The notes: a model not told the origin generated them from the letters alone. 64,000 bases of DNA from a virus (IMGVR_UViG_3300046460_000148:2195-66194), one strand, 5' to 3'. Positions 46,946-56,849 are shown, counted from the stretch's first letter. A program made the numbers and translations.

Positions 46946-47763
46946 TCCAGTTGCGCGTCCTGTCCCTCGGTGCCGGCGTCCAATCAACCACGATGGCGCT
47001 CATGGCCGCGCACGGCGAAATAGGCCCGATGCCGGATGCCGCGATCTTTGCGGACACCGGAGCAGAACCGCAGCCGGTCTATGATCACCTCACGTGGCTG
47101 ATGTCGGCCAACGTGCTTCCCTTCCCCGTCCATGTCGTCAGCGCCGGGAACCTCCGGGACATCCTTACGGGCCGCGCCCACTGGAAGGGCGGCAATGACG
47201 GCCGGCCGCCGTTCTACGTTGTCACCGACAAAGGTGACGCCGGCACGCTCAATCGACAATGCACCCGGCATTTCAAGATTGATCCGATCCGCCGGAAGGT
47301 GCGTGAGCTGCTCGGCCTGACGCACGGGCAGCGCGGACCCAAGACCGCAGCGGCGGAGCAATGGATTGGCATCAGCCTTGACGAAGCCACCCGCATGAAG
47401 CCGTCGCGTGACCGCTACATCGAAAGCCGGTGGCCGCTGATCGAAAAGCGGATGACGCGCCGGGACTGCCTGAAATGGCTTGCCGCTCATGACTATCCGC
47501 TGCCGGCAAAATCGGCCTGTACTTTCTGCCCATTCCGCAATGACGTCGGCTGGCGCGACCTCCGCAACAATGACCCGGTGTCATTCGCCGACGCCGTCGC
47601 GATCGACAAGGTCATCCGGGACGGGATGCCCGGCGTAAATCGTTCCCAAGTATTTATCCACCGATCGCTGAAGCCGCTCGATGAGGTCGATCTATCGACC
47701 GCCGAGGAGCGCGGCCAACTGAACCTTTTCATCAATGAGTGTGAAGGGATGTGTGGCGTATGA
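46942..47763 (+). CDS. PP-loop/PAPS-reductase-like protein
   Basis: SLGAGVQST, IFADTGAE, RQCT, WIGISLDE, KSACTFCPF, CEGMCGV. Confidence 0.75.
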   Translation: MIQLRVLSLGAGVQSTTMALMAAHGEIGPMPDAAIFADTGAEPQPVYDHLTWLMSANVLPFPVHVVSAGNLRDILTGRAHWKGGNDGRPPFYVVTDKGDAGTLNRQCTRHFKIDPIRRKVRELLGLTHGQRGPKTAAAEQWIGISLDEATRMKPSRDRYIESRWPLIEKRMTRRDCLKWLAAHDYPLPAKSACTFCPFRNDVGWRDLRNNDPVSFADAVAIDKVIRDGMPGVNRSQVFIHRSLKPLDEVDLSTAEERGQLNLFINECEGMCGV

Positions 47764-48353
47764 GCGGCGAGCGCTGGATGAAATTCTATACCAGTGATTG
47801 GCTCGGAGATGCGCAGCTCCGCACGTGCAGCGTCGCCGCGCGCGGTCTCTGGATGGATATGATTTGCCTGATGGATAACGCCAGCCCGCGCGGGCACCTC
47901 AAGCTCGGCCGCCGGAAACTCGACATGCCGACGCTCGCCGGGCTCGTCGGGCTGACCCCGAAACAGCTTGAAAAACTGATCGATGAATTGCGTGAAGCGG
48001 ACGTTTTCAGCCTCACAAATCGGGGCGTTATCTTCAGTCGAAAAATGATACGGGAGGAAAAGTGGAGGAAAAATGGAGCGAAAGCGGTAAAATCAAGATG
48101 GGCGAAAGCCACTGAAAATAAAGAGGAAATCGGAAAGCGTATTAGGGGGTCTATGACTCCAGAGTCCAGAGTCCAGAATCAAACCTCTTTACCCTTTCGA
48201 CTCGATGCTACGCGCGACCTTCCGTCGAAGTCCCGTCCCCTCACCAAACACCACGACCCTCCCGACTACAGCAATGATCCCGTCGAACCGACGCAGGCGT
48301 TGCTGCGAACGCCCATCGTCAAACTCAGCATCGGAAAAGGAGAAAAGTCATGA
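47760..48353 (+). CDS. replication initiator-like protein
   Basis: WMKFYTSDWLGD...SVAARGLWMDMICLM; internal A-rich tract and CCAGAGT repeats. Confidence 0.65.
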   Translation: MSGERWMKFYTSDWLGDAQLRTCSVAARGLWMDMICLMDNASPRGHLKLGRRKLDMPTLAGLVGLTPKQLEKLIDELREADVFSLTNRGVIFSRKMIREEKWRKNGAKAVKSRWAKATENKEEIGKRIRGSMTPESRVQNQTSLPFRLDATRDLPSKSRPLTKHHDPPDYSNDPVEPTQALLRTPIVKLSIGKGEKS

Positions 48354-48628
48354 ACGAAGTTGGTTTTGCTACACCCATCAGGATGATCACCGAACGCGGC
48401 CCGTCGCACGCTCGCCTCACCCAAACGCTCCGGGACGTCCGGACGGTGGAACGGCAGCTTGGCGAACTGGCCCTGGCTCTGACCGGCTCCCGGCCGGAAG
48501 GCGTCGCGGCAGTAACCACGGAAACGCCCCAAGGCTTGTTCCCCCGCCTGGAAGGAACCATCCGTGAAATCGAGTCCGAGATCGCCGCCATGCGTGCCGT
48601 TCTCGAACATATCAAGCGGCAAATCTGA
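48350..48628 (+). CDS. hypothetical protein
   Basis: Coupled ORF. Confidence 0.55.
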   Translation: MNEVGFATPIRMITERGPSHARLTQTLRDVRTVERQLGELALALTGSRPEGVAAVTTETPQGLFPRLEGTIREIESEIAAMRAVLEHIKRQI

Positions 48629-48738
48629 TGACGCCGAAGAAGCCGCGCCCCTTGCCGGTGGTGTTCATCGAACGGGGCGCGATCATTTTGGCTTTCGTGA
48701 TCATCATCACGCTGATCATCGGATGAAAGGATTGGTCC

Positions 48739-49035
48739 ATGCACACGAAAGACATCCTGGCCGCAGAGCTGGAGGCAGTCGGTCTGACCGAGATGGCGGA
48801 GAACGCCAGGAAGGGCCTCTATCACGACTTCCTGTCGCCGCTTGAATTTCCGGAGCTACGGCTCGACGCGGAGCTGGCGGCAGCGATCAAGGAAGGCAAC
48901 GTCGGCGCTATCGGCATCCGCCGCCGGCATCATAACGGCGACTACGACGCTTCCCTGGAGGAAAGCGAGGAATGGGCAAAGAGCCCCGAAGGCCGGGCCG
49001 CCTTCGCCATGATCGCGAGGAGACCGAACACATGA
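48739..49035 (+). CDS. hypothetical protein
   Basis: YHDFLSP...EWAKSPEG. Confidence 0.6.
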   Translation: MHTKDILAAELEAVGLTEMAENARKGLYHDFLSPLEFPELRLDAELAAAIKEGNVGAIGIRRRHHNGDYDASLEESEEWAKSPEGRAAFAMIARRPNT

Positions 49036-49469
49036 CCTACGCCTGGAAGGAACACCATCCGGAAAGCGAAGTCTTCAGCGTTTCCTGGATCATCGACGCG
49101 CCCTGGGCGCACCCATTGTGGTCGCAATATCTGGTCCTCCTCTATGACCTGACCACACCACACGAGGGCGGGCCGCCGACGCTACACCTGAAGGACGTGA
49201 CCCACGAATTTCTGGTCTACGCGCTGGACCCGGCGCACAAGGTCCCGAGGAACACGCCGCCATCAAAGGCCAAGCTCGCCATGCTGCAACCGCCGAATTA
49301 CGGTTACCAGTTCGCGGCGGCCTCGGATGCGGAAGCAGAGGAGCGCATTCAGGAGCTGGTCACCGCCATCATCGGGGAAAAGCTCAGCCCGGACACCGAC
49401 TTCCGATCGCTGTGGAACAAGCTCCTGCCGGACATGTATCCGCTGGTGCACTCCGGGCTGGTGATATGA
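49032..49469 (+). CDS. hypothetical protein
   Basis: APWAHPLWSQY, LSPDTDF. Confidence 0.6.
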   Translation: MTYAWKEHHPESEVFSVSWIIDAPWAHPLWSQYLVLLYDLTTPHEGGPPTLHLKDVTHEFLVYALDPAHKVPRNTPPSKAKLAMLQPPNYGYQFAAASDAEAEERIQELVTAIIGEKLSPDTDFRSLWNKLLPDMYPLVHSGLVI

Positions 49470-49714
49470 GCGGCGAGCTGCCTATCCTCTGGTGGACCCG
49501 GCAGGGTCACACCGTCGCTGTATTTTACGAGTCCAGGTCCGGCCTCTTCCGCGTCGTCGTCTGGCATGAGTCGGGCCTGACGGCGGCGGTCTGGTTTCGC
49601 GCCAGTCGCGAGCCGGCGCGGGGCGTGGATAGCGAAGACATGGTCACCATCGATAAACACGTGCAGGCGATCACCCATGACCTCGATCTCGCATCCGGAG
49701 GGCTGAGCCAATGA
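49466..49714 (+). CDS. hypothetical protein
   Basis: Coupled ORF. Confidence 0.5.
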   Translation: MSGELPILWWTRQGHTVAVFYESRSGLFRVVVWHESGLTAAVWFRASREPARGVDSEDMVTIDKHVQAITHDLDLASGGLSQ

Positions 49715-49920
49715 CGCTGAAAGTGAGCCTGTTTACATGCGGGCTTTGCGAAGGAACGTTCCGCGAGATATCGACGCCAGAGCAAACGCGCTTCGAATAC
49801 GAACACACCTGGGGGCGGCCCTGGAAGGCCGAGGAGACCGATTCGCTTTGCGACGACTGCTACAAGTTCGTCCTCGCCCGGCTCGTGCGGCTCGGACAAG
49901 CTCCCGGCGGGCGGGCATGA
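49711..49920 (+). CDS. small Zn-finger protein
   Basis: CGLC...CDDC. Confidence 0.55.
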   Translation: MTLKVSLFTCGLCEGTFREISTPEQTRFEYEHTWGRPWKAEETDSLCDDCYKFVLARLVRLGQAPGGRA

Positions 49921-50192
49921 TGCATGGACTCGTCACTGCCTGGGCTAACAAGAGTTCTGACGCGATCGATGCCGCAATCACATTGGCTCAGGAGATTCGC
50001 CGCGCGCCGGATGACCTGACCGCCGCAAGACTGATTTTGACGCGCGTCTTTTCTTGTGTCGAGACGGCATGCGATCATTGCGGTGGGGTTTATTGGACCG
50101 GTCATAGAACGGGCCGGCGATCCCATGCCAAATATTGTTCCGACCGCTGCCGCGTGGCGGCGATGAGGGCGCGCAATATGGGCAGGACATGA
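49917..50192 (+). CDS. Zn-finger protein (CGNR-like)
   Basis: CDHCG...KYCSDRCRVAAMR. Confidence 0.6.
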   Translation: MMHGLVTAWANKSSDAIDAAITLAQEIRRAPDDLTAARLILTRVFSCVETACDHCGGVYWTGHRTGRRSHAKYCSDRCRVAAMRARNMGRT

Positions 50193-50196
50193 CGCC

Positions 50197-50598
50197 ATGC
50201 CGCGCGCGGTTCCCGAATGGATAGGCAAACATCCTGACCAGAAGGTCCCTCCTCGGGTCAGGCTTCGCGTCCTGGAGCGTTTTAACCGGACCTGCTACCT
50301 ATCTAGCCGGCCGATCAGAGACGGCGATCCTTGGGAGCTTGAGCATATCAAGCCGATAATCCTCGGTGGGGAGCATCGGGAAAGCAACATGGCACCAGCA
50401 CTGGTGGAGCCGCACAAGGTCAAGACGGCGACCGAAAAGAAGATCAAATCGAAGATCGCCAAGACGGCGAAGCGCGCCGCCGGCATCAAGAAGAAGTCCA
50501 GCCTATCCCACCCGTACCTGAAGCGCCGCATGGACGGCACGGTTATCGACAAGCGGACAGGCAAGGTCGTGGGCGGGAAAGATGGTGGCCGAGCCTGA
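50197..50598 (+). CDS. HNH endonuclease-like protein
   Basis: WELEHIKPIILGGEHRESN...HKVKT. Confidence 0.75.
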   Translation: MPRAVPEWIGKHPDQKVPPRVRLRVLERFNRTCYLSSRPIRDGDPWELEHIKPIILGGEHRESNMAPALVEPHKVKTATEKKIKSKIAKTAKRAAGIKKKSSLSHPYLKRRMDGTVIDKRTGKVVGGKDGGRA

Positions 50599-50874
50599 CA
50601 GGGCCGGGGGACGGAATATCAGGCTCGGCCTTCCGGGCGCACCATAGTCGGCCCTTACTGGAGGTCCTAAAGGGTGGCAGGCTACGTGGGATTTCCCCTG
50701 CCGATTAACCGACTTGCGTGACATTCCTTCGCAGGTTTTCATCACGCTCGGCTGCGATCCGCCGCCCGGAAACTCATTTGAAAAGAACGGGCAGCGCCAT
50801 AGGACCGGGGGGCTTTTAATGGCGCTGCCCTATTCCGTTGCTGACTTGAGGGTTCGCAACGGAAATTCGTTAAA

Positions 50875-51132
50875 TCACCGCATCGCTTCCGCGACCTCCG
50901 ACATGGTGGGGAGTTCGATCACCTTCACCTTGCGCCACTGCTCACGCTCGGCGATGTCGTCCCATATGCGCGGACCCATGCGCTCCGGCAATTCGTTGTG
51001 GATGAGCACGATATCGAAGACCGGGCTTCCGATGCTCTTCACGAAGGTTGCTATCCGCAGACCGGCCCACGGTTCACCGGCCTGGGAATAGATGAACCAG
51101 AGCTGGTTAACGCTTTCATCGATCTTCCTCAT
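50875..51132 (-). CDS. hypothetical protein
   Basis: Last gene of leftward mini-operon. Confidence 0.5.
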   Translation of the reverse strand: MRKIDESVNQLWFIYSQAGEPWAGLRIATFVKSIGSPVFDIVLIHNELPERMGPRIWDDIAEREQWRKVKVIELPTMSEVAEAMR

Positions 51133-51369
51133 TCATCCCCCAACCAGACGCGCCACGATCATCGAATTGATGACCGCGACGATGGACATCAGCAGAAGCA
51201 GGAACACCAGGACGGTGGTCAGCCGTTCCAGCGTCTTCACCCGTCGCTGCATCTGCCCGACGCAATCGACCACGCGACAGAGGCTGGCCATGACGCGGAT
51301 CATGTCGCGGCTCATGTGCGGCCGGTCTTCCTCCGTGAACCCATCGACTACCTTCTGTAATTCGCTCAT
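51133..51369 (-). CDS. membrane-anchored hypothetical protein
   Basis: C-terminal TM. Confidence 0.5.
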   Translation of the reverse strand: MSELQKVVDGFTEEDRPHMSRDMIRVMASLCRVVDCVGQMQRRVKTLERLTTVLVFLLLLMSIVAVINSMIVARLVGG

Positions 51370-51722
51370 ATCCGGAACTCCTCCTTGACGGTCCTGGCGG
51401 CTTCAGCCTCGGCTTTCAGGACGCGGCGGACTGCCGCCCGGTGCCCGGCATCGGCATCATCCCAGGAGCAGTAGCGGAAGCAGTCATCGGGGAAAGCAAC
51501 GCCGCCATTACCGGCCCGCGTGAAGACCATCGTTTCAAACAGGACCGGCGGACCCCGGCCGAAAAAATTGTGGTCGAGACCCAGGAAGACGGTGCTGATG
51601 AGGTGCAGCTCGGTCTCGGTCTTGGCAATATCCCGGTCATTGGCTTCAAACCACATGGCCCATTCCATCAGATCGGGCACCTCGGCGACGGTACGATTCG
51701 GCAGGAGGATGTAGTGTTTCAT
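51366..51722 (-). CDS. hypothetical phage protein
   Basis: ISTVFLGLDHNF...PVLFETMVF...RY...AGH. Confidence 0.7.
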   Translation of the reverse strand: MKHYILLPNRTVAEVPDLMEWAMWFEANDRDIAKTETELHLISTVFLGLDHNFFGRGPPVLFETMVFTRAGNGGVAFPDDCFRYCSWDDADAGHRAAVRRVLKAEAEAARTVKEEFRI

Positions 51723-51922
51723 TTGCGTTCGGCCGCCTGTCGGGCCTCGGCGACATCAACGGGGTCTTTCCGCCGCCCATCGATGCGATTCGCAATCTGT
51801 AAAATGCGTTCGATATCGGATGCCCACAAAGGAAATGGCGAGGCGTTACGGTGAACGTCAAGTTCATGGGCCAACGAGCGCAAGAAATCCGCGTTGGCCA
51901 AATCGGCGCGATCCACGGTCAT
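51719..51922 (-). CDS. hypothetical protein
   Basis: Coupled ORF. Confidence 0.5.
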   Translation of the reverse strand: MTVDRADLANADFLRSLAHELDVHRNASPFPLWASDIERILQIANRIDGRRKDPVDVAEARQAAERK

Positions 51923-52191
51923 GTCTCCAACCCTAGCCGTTGCCGCTGTCCTGCCGCTTCTCGGGCCTCATCTATAGCGTGCAAATATTTGCGTGCCGCC
52001 GGCAGGGCTTGAACGAACGGCAGTGATTCGAGAACCCGCGCGACGGCGTCGATCGAGTGGCGCCGGTCACGCAGATCAGCGTTCCGGGAATAACACTCCA
52101 TCACCAATCCACAGGTAACACCGGCCAGAAGCGCGAGCTGCGATTCCAGCGAGTCAATCCGCTCAGCGGCGTCCTCGTTCTCTGCCATCAC
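51919..52191 (-). CDS. hypothetical protein
   Basis: Coupled ORF. Confidence 0.5.
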   Translation of the reverse strand: MMAENEDAAERIDSLESQLALLAGVTCGLVMECYSRNADLRDRRHSIDAVARVLESLPFVQALPAARKYLHAIDEAREAAGQRQRLGLET

Positions 52192-52367
52192 GCGGCCTCC
52201 TTTTGCTTGCGGGCCAGGGCTTCCAGGGCAAGCGCGATGTGCAGCGGCGCACCTTGCATGGCGTATCGTTGCGAGGTGCGCGCGCCAATGCCAAGCGCCT
52301 TGGCGGCTTGACTGTGGGTCAACCGGAGCGCGTCCAGTGCGATTTTGTATGCATCAGCGGTCATCAT
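52188..52367 (-). CDS. small HTH regulator (59 aa, not in ORF track)
   Basis: MMTADAYKIALDALRLTHSQAAKALGIGARTSQRYA, read by hand. Confidence 0.7.
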   Translation of the reverse strand: MMTADAYKIALDALRLTHSQAAKALGIGARTSQRYAMQGAPLHIALALEALARKQKEAA

Positions 52368-52383
52368 GGGTTAACAACTTAAA

Positions 52384-52454
52384 CGCCATATTGGCGATAT
52401 ACAATATTGACACGTGAGAAAAAAACGCAACTATTGATGTACGCCAAGATGGCG
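52384..52454. promoter_or_regulatory. two CGCCA-N3-TGGCG operators in divergent promoter region
   Basis: CGCCATATTGGCG (52384) and CGCCAAGATGGCG (52442). Confidence 0.6.
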
Positions 52455-52524
52455 GTTAAATGCAACCGGCTCTACAACCGTGGACCCGGTTACTCCCAAA
52501 AAATAAAGGGTGGAGGAATAGCAA

Positions 52525-52803
52525 ATGCAGGTGGTCTCATTCGAATCGGCAAGGCGTTTCAAGGCTGCTCAACAGCGGGCAGGCATACAGGAATACAGTT
52601 TTCGCGACGAATATGAGCTATGCGCCTTCGTTGCCGGTGAAATCCGATCAGCGAAAATCAAATATACGAAACTGGCCGATAAGTCCGGCGTCTGCGCTTC
52701 GACAATTTCGAATCTCGCAAACGACGTCACCAAGTCCCCGCGCGCCGCAACCCTCCTCAAAATCCTGAAAGCCCTCGGCTTCGAAATCTTCGTCAGAGGC
52801 TGA
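52525..52803 (+). CDS. XRE-family HTH regulator
   Basis: TKLADKSGVCASTISNLAN...PRAATLLKILKALG. Confidence 0.75.
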   Translation: MQVVSFESARRFKAAQQRAGIQEYSFRDEYELCAFVAGEIRSAKIKYTKLADKSGVCASTISNLANDVTKSPRAATLLKILKALGFEIFVRG

Positions 52804-52808
52804 AGCCG

Positions 52809-53312
52809 ATGGATATCACCGAAAAAATACTGGAGCAGATCGCGCATCATCGCGCGGAAATCCTCCGGCTCGAATCGGCGCTAGACGTCATTGCCCAGGT
52901 AAGCGGCAAACCGGTCAAGAAGGATGCGCCGCTCATCACTATCCGGAGAACGGTGCCGACCGAGGCATCTGATCCGCCGCCGGTGCAGAAGAAACGCAAA
53001 TCACCGTCGCCGTCCGCCAGAAAGACCCGCTCCATGCAGCTTAGCGACAATCGGCGCGCTAGGACGCTTGTTCTCACAGCATTGAAAAACATCGGCCCGG
53101 CTCTGACCCGCGACTTGGTCGCACCCGTCGGATTCAAACCGGGACAGGACATTCAGCCGCTCTATCAGCGGCTCTATGAACTCAAAAGGGACGGGTTGGC
53201 TGTGAAGGATGAAGAAGGCCGATATGTCGTAACCGCCGCCGGACTGGCGGCGCTTGAGGGACTGGTGCAGGAGGCGGACGGCGACGCCGGAGCTTCCGAA
53301 CAAGCGGCTTGA
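52809..53312 (+). CDS. winged-HTH-like hypothetical protein
   Basis: LYQRLYELKRDGLAVKDEEGRY. Confidence 0.55.
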   Translation: MDITEKILEQIAHHRAEILRLESALDVIAQVSGKPVKKDAPLITIRRTVPTEASDPPPVQKKRKSPSPSARKTRSMQLSDNRRARTLVLTALKNIGPALTRDLVAPVGFKPGQDIQPLYQRLYELKRDGLAVKDEEGRYVVTAAGLAALEGLVQEADGDAGASEQAA

Positions 53313-53570
53313 GCAACCAGGGCCGCGCACCATAGGCGATGGCGGGGAGCCCCCGCCGCAAGCGCCCGCCATCGCCAATCGACGGTTTTTGAAATGCGAC
53401 AATGTCCTGTGGTTTTTGAAGATTGTGATGATCCCGGCTGTCCAGGTCCGTTCCGCTGCGTGCTGACCGACCCCGAGAAATTGCTGCGCTGGATTCGGCG
53501 CAACCCGAAACACCCATTGGCCGGCAAGGTGCTGATGGAAGCGTTTGACCCCTGCATCTGAGGTATCCCC

Positions 53571-54098
53571 GTGAATCGAACTTGTGGCGAATGCACGCTC
53601 TGTTGCAAGCTCCTGCCCGTCCGGGAGCTGGATAAGCTCGCCGGCATGCGCTGCCAGCATCAGCGCCACGGGAAGGGATGCGCGATCTATGGCCGGCATC
53701 CGCCGAGCTGTCGCGTGTGGTCTTGCGCGTGGCTTGTCGATGATGACGCCGGAGATTTGCGCCGGCCCGATCGGGCACATTACGTCATCGACATCATGCC
53801 GGACTTCATCACTGCGACCTTCGAAAATGAACCGGACCAGCGCTTGCCGGTGCTGCAAATCTGGATTGATCCGCAGCACCCGGACGCGCACCGCGACCCG
53901 GCCTTACGCGCCTACATCGCCAAGCGATGCGAGCAGGAAGGCGGCATGGCGGCGCTGATCCGGTATGATAGCTCAAGAGCCTTCGTGCTCTTTCCGCCGG
54001 CCATTTCGTCGGACGGCCAGTGGCATGAAATCCACTCCGGCGTTCTGGAACAAGCGCACACCGCCGCTGAAATCAATGCGGCTTTGACAGGAGCATAA
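53571..54098 (+). CDS. CxxCxxCC (YkgJ-like) Cys-cluster protein
   Basis: CGECTLCCK, CQH, CAIY...PSCRVWSCAWL. Confidence 0.75.
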   Translation: MNRTCGECTLCCKLLPVRELDKLAGMRCQHQRHGKGCAIYGRHPPSCRVWSCAWLVDDDAGDLRRPDRAHYVIDIMPDFITATFENEPDQRLPVLQIWIDPQHPDAHRDPALRAYIAKRCEQEGGMAALIRYDSSRAFVLFPPAISSDGQWHEIHSGVLEQAHTAAEINAALTGA

Positions 54099-54470
54099 AT
54101 GAAAACCCGAATTCTGATCATGCTGCCGGGCCAGCCGGCGGAGACGCGCGACGTCGAGCTGCCGGGCGATGGTGAAGCCACGCCCAAGGATTGCTATCTC
54201 GCCTTGAAGGCGATCATAGAGCCGATCACCGGCAAGCCATTTGAGCACGTGACCGTGCTGGCCGATTTTGCCGGCGGCGAGAATTTCCGGCGCTCCGACA
54301 TGTTCGTCTATGAATTGGGCCACGTCATCAAACCGCCGCTCCCGCGCAATGAAGAGGCCACCGCGATCTATCGCCGGAACGCCCTCTTGCATCAGGGCTA
54401 CACTGATCCGGAGGAGCTGCCGTGGATAGCCGGGCCGGCGGTTCTCTTTCAACACATCGTCTGGCATTGA
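54099..54470 (+). CDS. hypothetical protein (DUF3846-like)
   Basis: MFVYELG...LPRNEEAT...IAGPAVLF. Confidence 0.6.
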   Translation: MKTRILIMLPGQPAETRDVELPGDGEATPKDCYLALKAIIEPITGKPFEHVTVLADFAGGENFRRSDMFVYELGHVIKPPLPRNEEATAIYRRNALLHQGYTDPEELPWIAGPAVLFQHIVWH

Positions 54471-54482
54471 CGGGAGGTCGTT

Positions 54483-55004
54483 TTGCAACCGCGTGTTTTC
54501 AAACAGGAGTTTTTGCCCGGCCTCGCCCGCGCCGATCTTCACGAGATGATGGTCGCCTATGGGATGCTGGAATTCGACCGTCGCGGCGCGGCGCCGTTTA
54601 TGTGGATCATCAAAAACGGTCCCCACGTTTATTGGATCGAGACGCCCTGGGAAAATGACGCCGAGAAACATGCGTCAACGTCCCTTATGCGCCTTCTCAT
54701 GCAGAAGATGGAGGCCGAGGCGTATTCATTCATGACTGAGGCATGGGTGGCAGTCGAAACGAGAGAGGCAGTGACGGATGAGTTTCCGACCGACTTCACG
54801 CCGCCGAGCGAACGGCCGAAGAATGAGCGCGACGACGTCCTGATGATTTACACCTGTGACAAAGACGGTGGTTTCAACGCTACGCGCTTTCTGGTGACGG
54901 TCCGCGACAATGGGCGGAATTACCTTGGACCGCGCGATGACGATTCCCTCACCGGCGCCACTCCGAGCGGCAACATGTGGAACCTGCTGGCGAAGGAGAA
55001 GTGA
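54483..55004 (+). CDS. hypothetical protein
   Basis: GGAGG RBS; YSFMTEAWV. Confidence 0.6.
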   Translation: MQPRVFKQEFLPGLARADLHEMMVAYGMLEFDRRGAAPFMWIIKNGPHVYWIETPWENDAEKHASTSLMRLLMQKMEAEAYSFMTEAWVAVETREAVTDEFPTDFTPPSERPKNERDDVLMIYTCDKDGGFNATRFLVTVRDNGRNYLGPRDDDSLTGATPSGNMWNLLAKEK

Positions 55005-55246
55005 TGGAGGCGGACACCGAACTCTTCCTGGGCGACGTCGTGCAGCTCAACCCGGAGACATGCCGCAACCAGATGTTTGCGGCTTGCATGATGACGGTCA
55101 CGGAATCGAAAACCTTCGGCGCTCAAGGCTATGTCCAATGCACGGGGCGGGACGGCATGCCGGGCGGTCAAGCCTTCTATCGGGCAAACTGGGAGGAAAT
55201 GGATTTTGTCGGCCGTGCGCCGTTCATCATCAAGCGGAGGGATTAG
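55004..55246 (+). CDS. hypothetical protein
   Basis: GDVVQLNP, GAQGYV. Confidence 0.55.
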   Translation: MEADTELFLGDVVQLNPETCRNQMFAACMMTVTESKTFGAQGYVQCTGRDGMPGGQAFYRANWEEMDFVGRAPFIIKRRD

Positions 55247-55250
55247 GGAC

Positions 55251-55463
55251 ATGGAGCCGGGGATTGATCAGCCAGATTTCATCTATTTCGAATGCCAGAC
55301 GTGCGGCTTCGACAGCGTGCAGAGGTCCGACTTCGCCGGGTCTGATGCGTGCCCGTTATGCGACGGGGATAACAATCGATATTCCCGGATGACGCAGAGG
55401 GTTTGCCGGGACACCGACCGGCCGGAAGGCCATAACGCGCGCATCGAGGAAGTGGAGCGATGA
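55251..55463 (+). CDS. small Zn-ribbon protein
   Basis: CQTC...CPLC. Confidence 0.55.
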   Translation: MEPGIDQPDFIYFECQTCGFDSVQRSDFAGSDACPLCDGDNNRYSRMTQRVCRDTDRPEGHNARIEEVER

Positions 55464-55759
55464 AGGAGCGGGTAACGGAGTTCAAAACCACCTGCCCATT
55501 CTGCGGAGCCGCGCACGAACTGGCGAGCAGCGTCGTGGGACCGGGTGAAGAACCGGCTCTTCCTGGCGACGGACACGTGACGTTATGCGTGAGGTGCGGT
55601 GAGTGGTCGGTCTATGCGTCTGACGCGCCCGGCGGCCTCCGGAAACCGAATGACGAAGAATATTCGCTATTGGCAGATGATCCGCGTGTCCGCGCAATCC
55701 GCAAAGCCTGGGCGCAAACGATCGGGACTGTTACGAAAAAGAAGGTCGCAGAACGATGA
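55460..55759 (+). CDS. Zn-ribbon protein
   Basis: CPFC...CVRCG. Confidence 0.6.
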   Translation: MKERVTEFKTTCPFCGAAHELASSVVGPGEEPALPGDGHVTLCVRCGEWSVYASDAPGGLRKPNDEEYSLLADDPRVRAIRKAWAQTIGTVTKKKVAER

Positions 55760-55992
55760 CAATGAAAGCCGCCGGTCTCGATATCTGGACGATTTGCGAG
55801 CGTCCGAGTGACTTCCCCGACCGGTTTACCGCCCGGTGCCATCACGCAACTTCGGCAGGCTCACACCCGACCGGCCTGCTAATGGTCGCCGAGAACATCG
55901 AGACCTTGCGCAAGGAAATGATCCGGCGCGGCCTGACCTGCATCGGCCGGGAGCCGGGAGACGATCCGGTCATTGTGGAAAGCTGGCTGTGA
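55756..55992 (+). CDS. hypothetical protein
   Basis: PSDFPD...DDPVIVESWL. Confidence 0.65.
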   Translation: MTMKAAGLDIWTICERPSDFPDRFTARCHHATSAGSHPTGLLMVAENIETLRKEMIRRGLTCIGREPGDDPVIVESWL

Positions 55993-56005
55993 AAGGGGAA
56001 CGCCG

Positions 56006-56260
56006 ATGGCGGGGACAGGTATCCTAAGCATCGATCAAGTGTGGATGGCGGTCGCAGTCGATGCGGACGGAACGGAAGGCATTTGCGCCGTCCATTCCCA
56101 GGCCACGGACTCGTGGCTACCACTGCTGGCGGCCGATGAGGCTCGGCTCCCCTGGGTCATGGAGATGGCGCGGCAGATCGCCCGCGAACGGCAGCAACTT
56201 GTCCGGATCATCAGATTGCACGGGCGGGAGGAGTTAGAACGCATCGACGGACGTCAGTGA
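56006..56260 (+). CDS. hypothetical protein
   Basis: DGTEGI, LPLLAAD. Confidence 0.55.
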   Translation: MAGTGILSIDQVWMAVAVDADGTEGICAVHSQATDSWLPLLAADEARLPWVMEMARQIARERQQLVRIIRLHGREELERIDGRQ

Positions 56261-56523
56261 TGAGCGATGAAAAGAAGGCCCGGAAGGAACTCCGAATGAC
56301 CGGCGAGGATTTTTGCGCGTGGCTGGCGGCAATGAAGGCGAAAGGCTTCAATAAACAGGAAAGCGGCTTGATGCTTGGACGCGGCGCCCCGTGGGTCAGC
56401 CGCGCCCAGAAAGAGGGCGCCGACATAATGGCTGCTTATGCTTGCGCGGCCATCTTCGCGGGGCTCAAGCCGTACCCGATGCCGTCGCCGCGTCGGAGAA
56501 AACCAGACAAGGAAAGAGGCTGA
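56257..56523 (+). CDS. HTH-like protein
   Basis: MTGEDFCAWL...ESGLMLG...AYACAAI. Confidence 0.6.
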   Translation: MMSDEKKARKELRMTGEDFCAWLAAMKAKGFNKQESGLMLGRGAPWVSRAQKEGADIMAAYACAAIFAGLKPYPMPSPRRRKPDKERG

Positions 56524-56849
56524 TGTCTGACCCAATTACCTCGCTTCTGGAAATTGAACGGCACTTCCGGGACCGTCTTCGCGTCGATTCCGGCGACACA
56601 AACCAAGCGTCATTGAAGCGCGTGATCAAACATCTGCGCATTCGGGCCGAGGCCGCCGAGGCGGAGCTTGCCGGCCTCAAGGCGGCGATGGGAAAGCCGG
56701 TGGCATGGATACCGGCCCAGCGCTGGACCCGCATGGAAGGTGCAGGACCGTGGCTGACCAATATCGTTTATTCCGAGGATCAGTCGCAGTTCTTCCGGTG
56801 CATTCCGCTCTACGCGATCGAAAAGGGGGGTAATCATGAGCCAAACTGA
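56523..56849 (+). CDS. hypothetical protein
   Basis: KPVAW...IPLY. Confidence 0.55.
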   Translation: MSDPITSLLEIERHFRDRLRVDSGDTNQASLKRVIKHLRIRAEAAEAELAGLKAAMGKPVAWIPAQRWTRMEGAGPWLTNIVYSEDQSQFFRCIPLYAIEKGGNHEPN

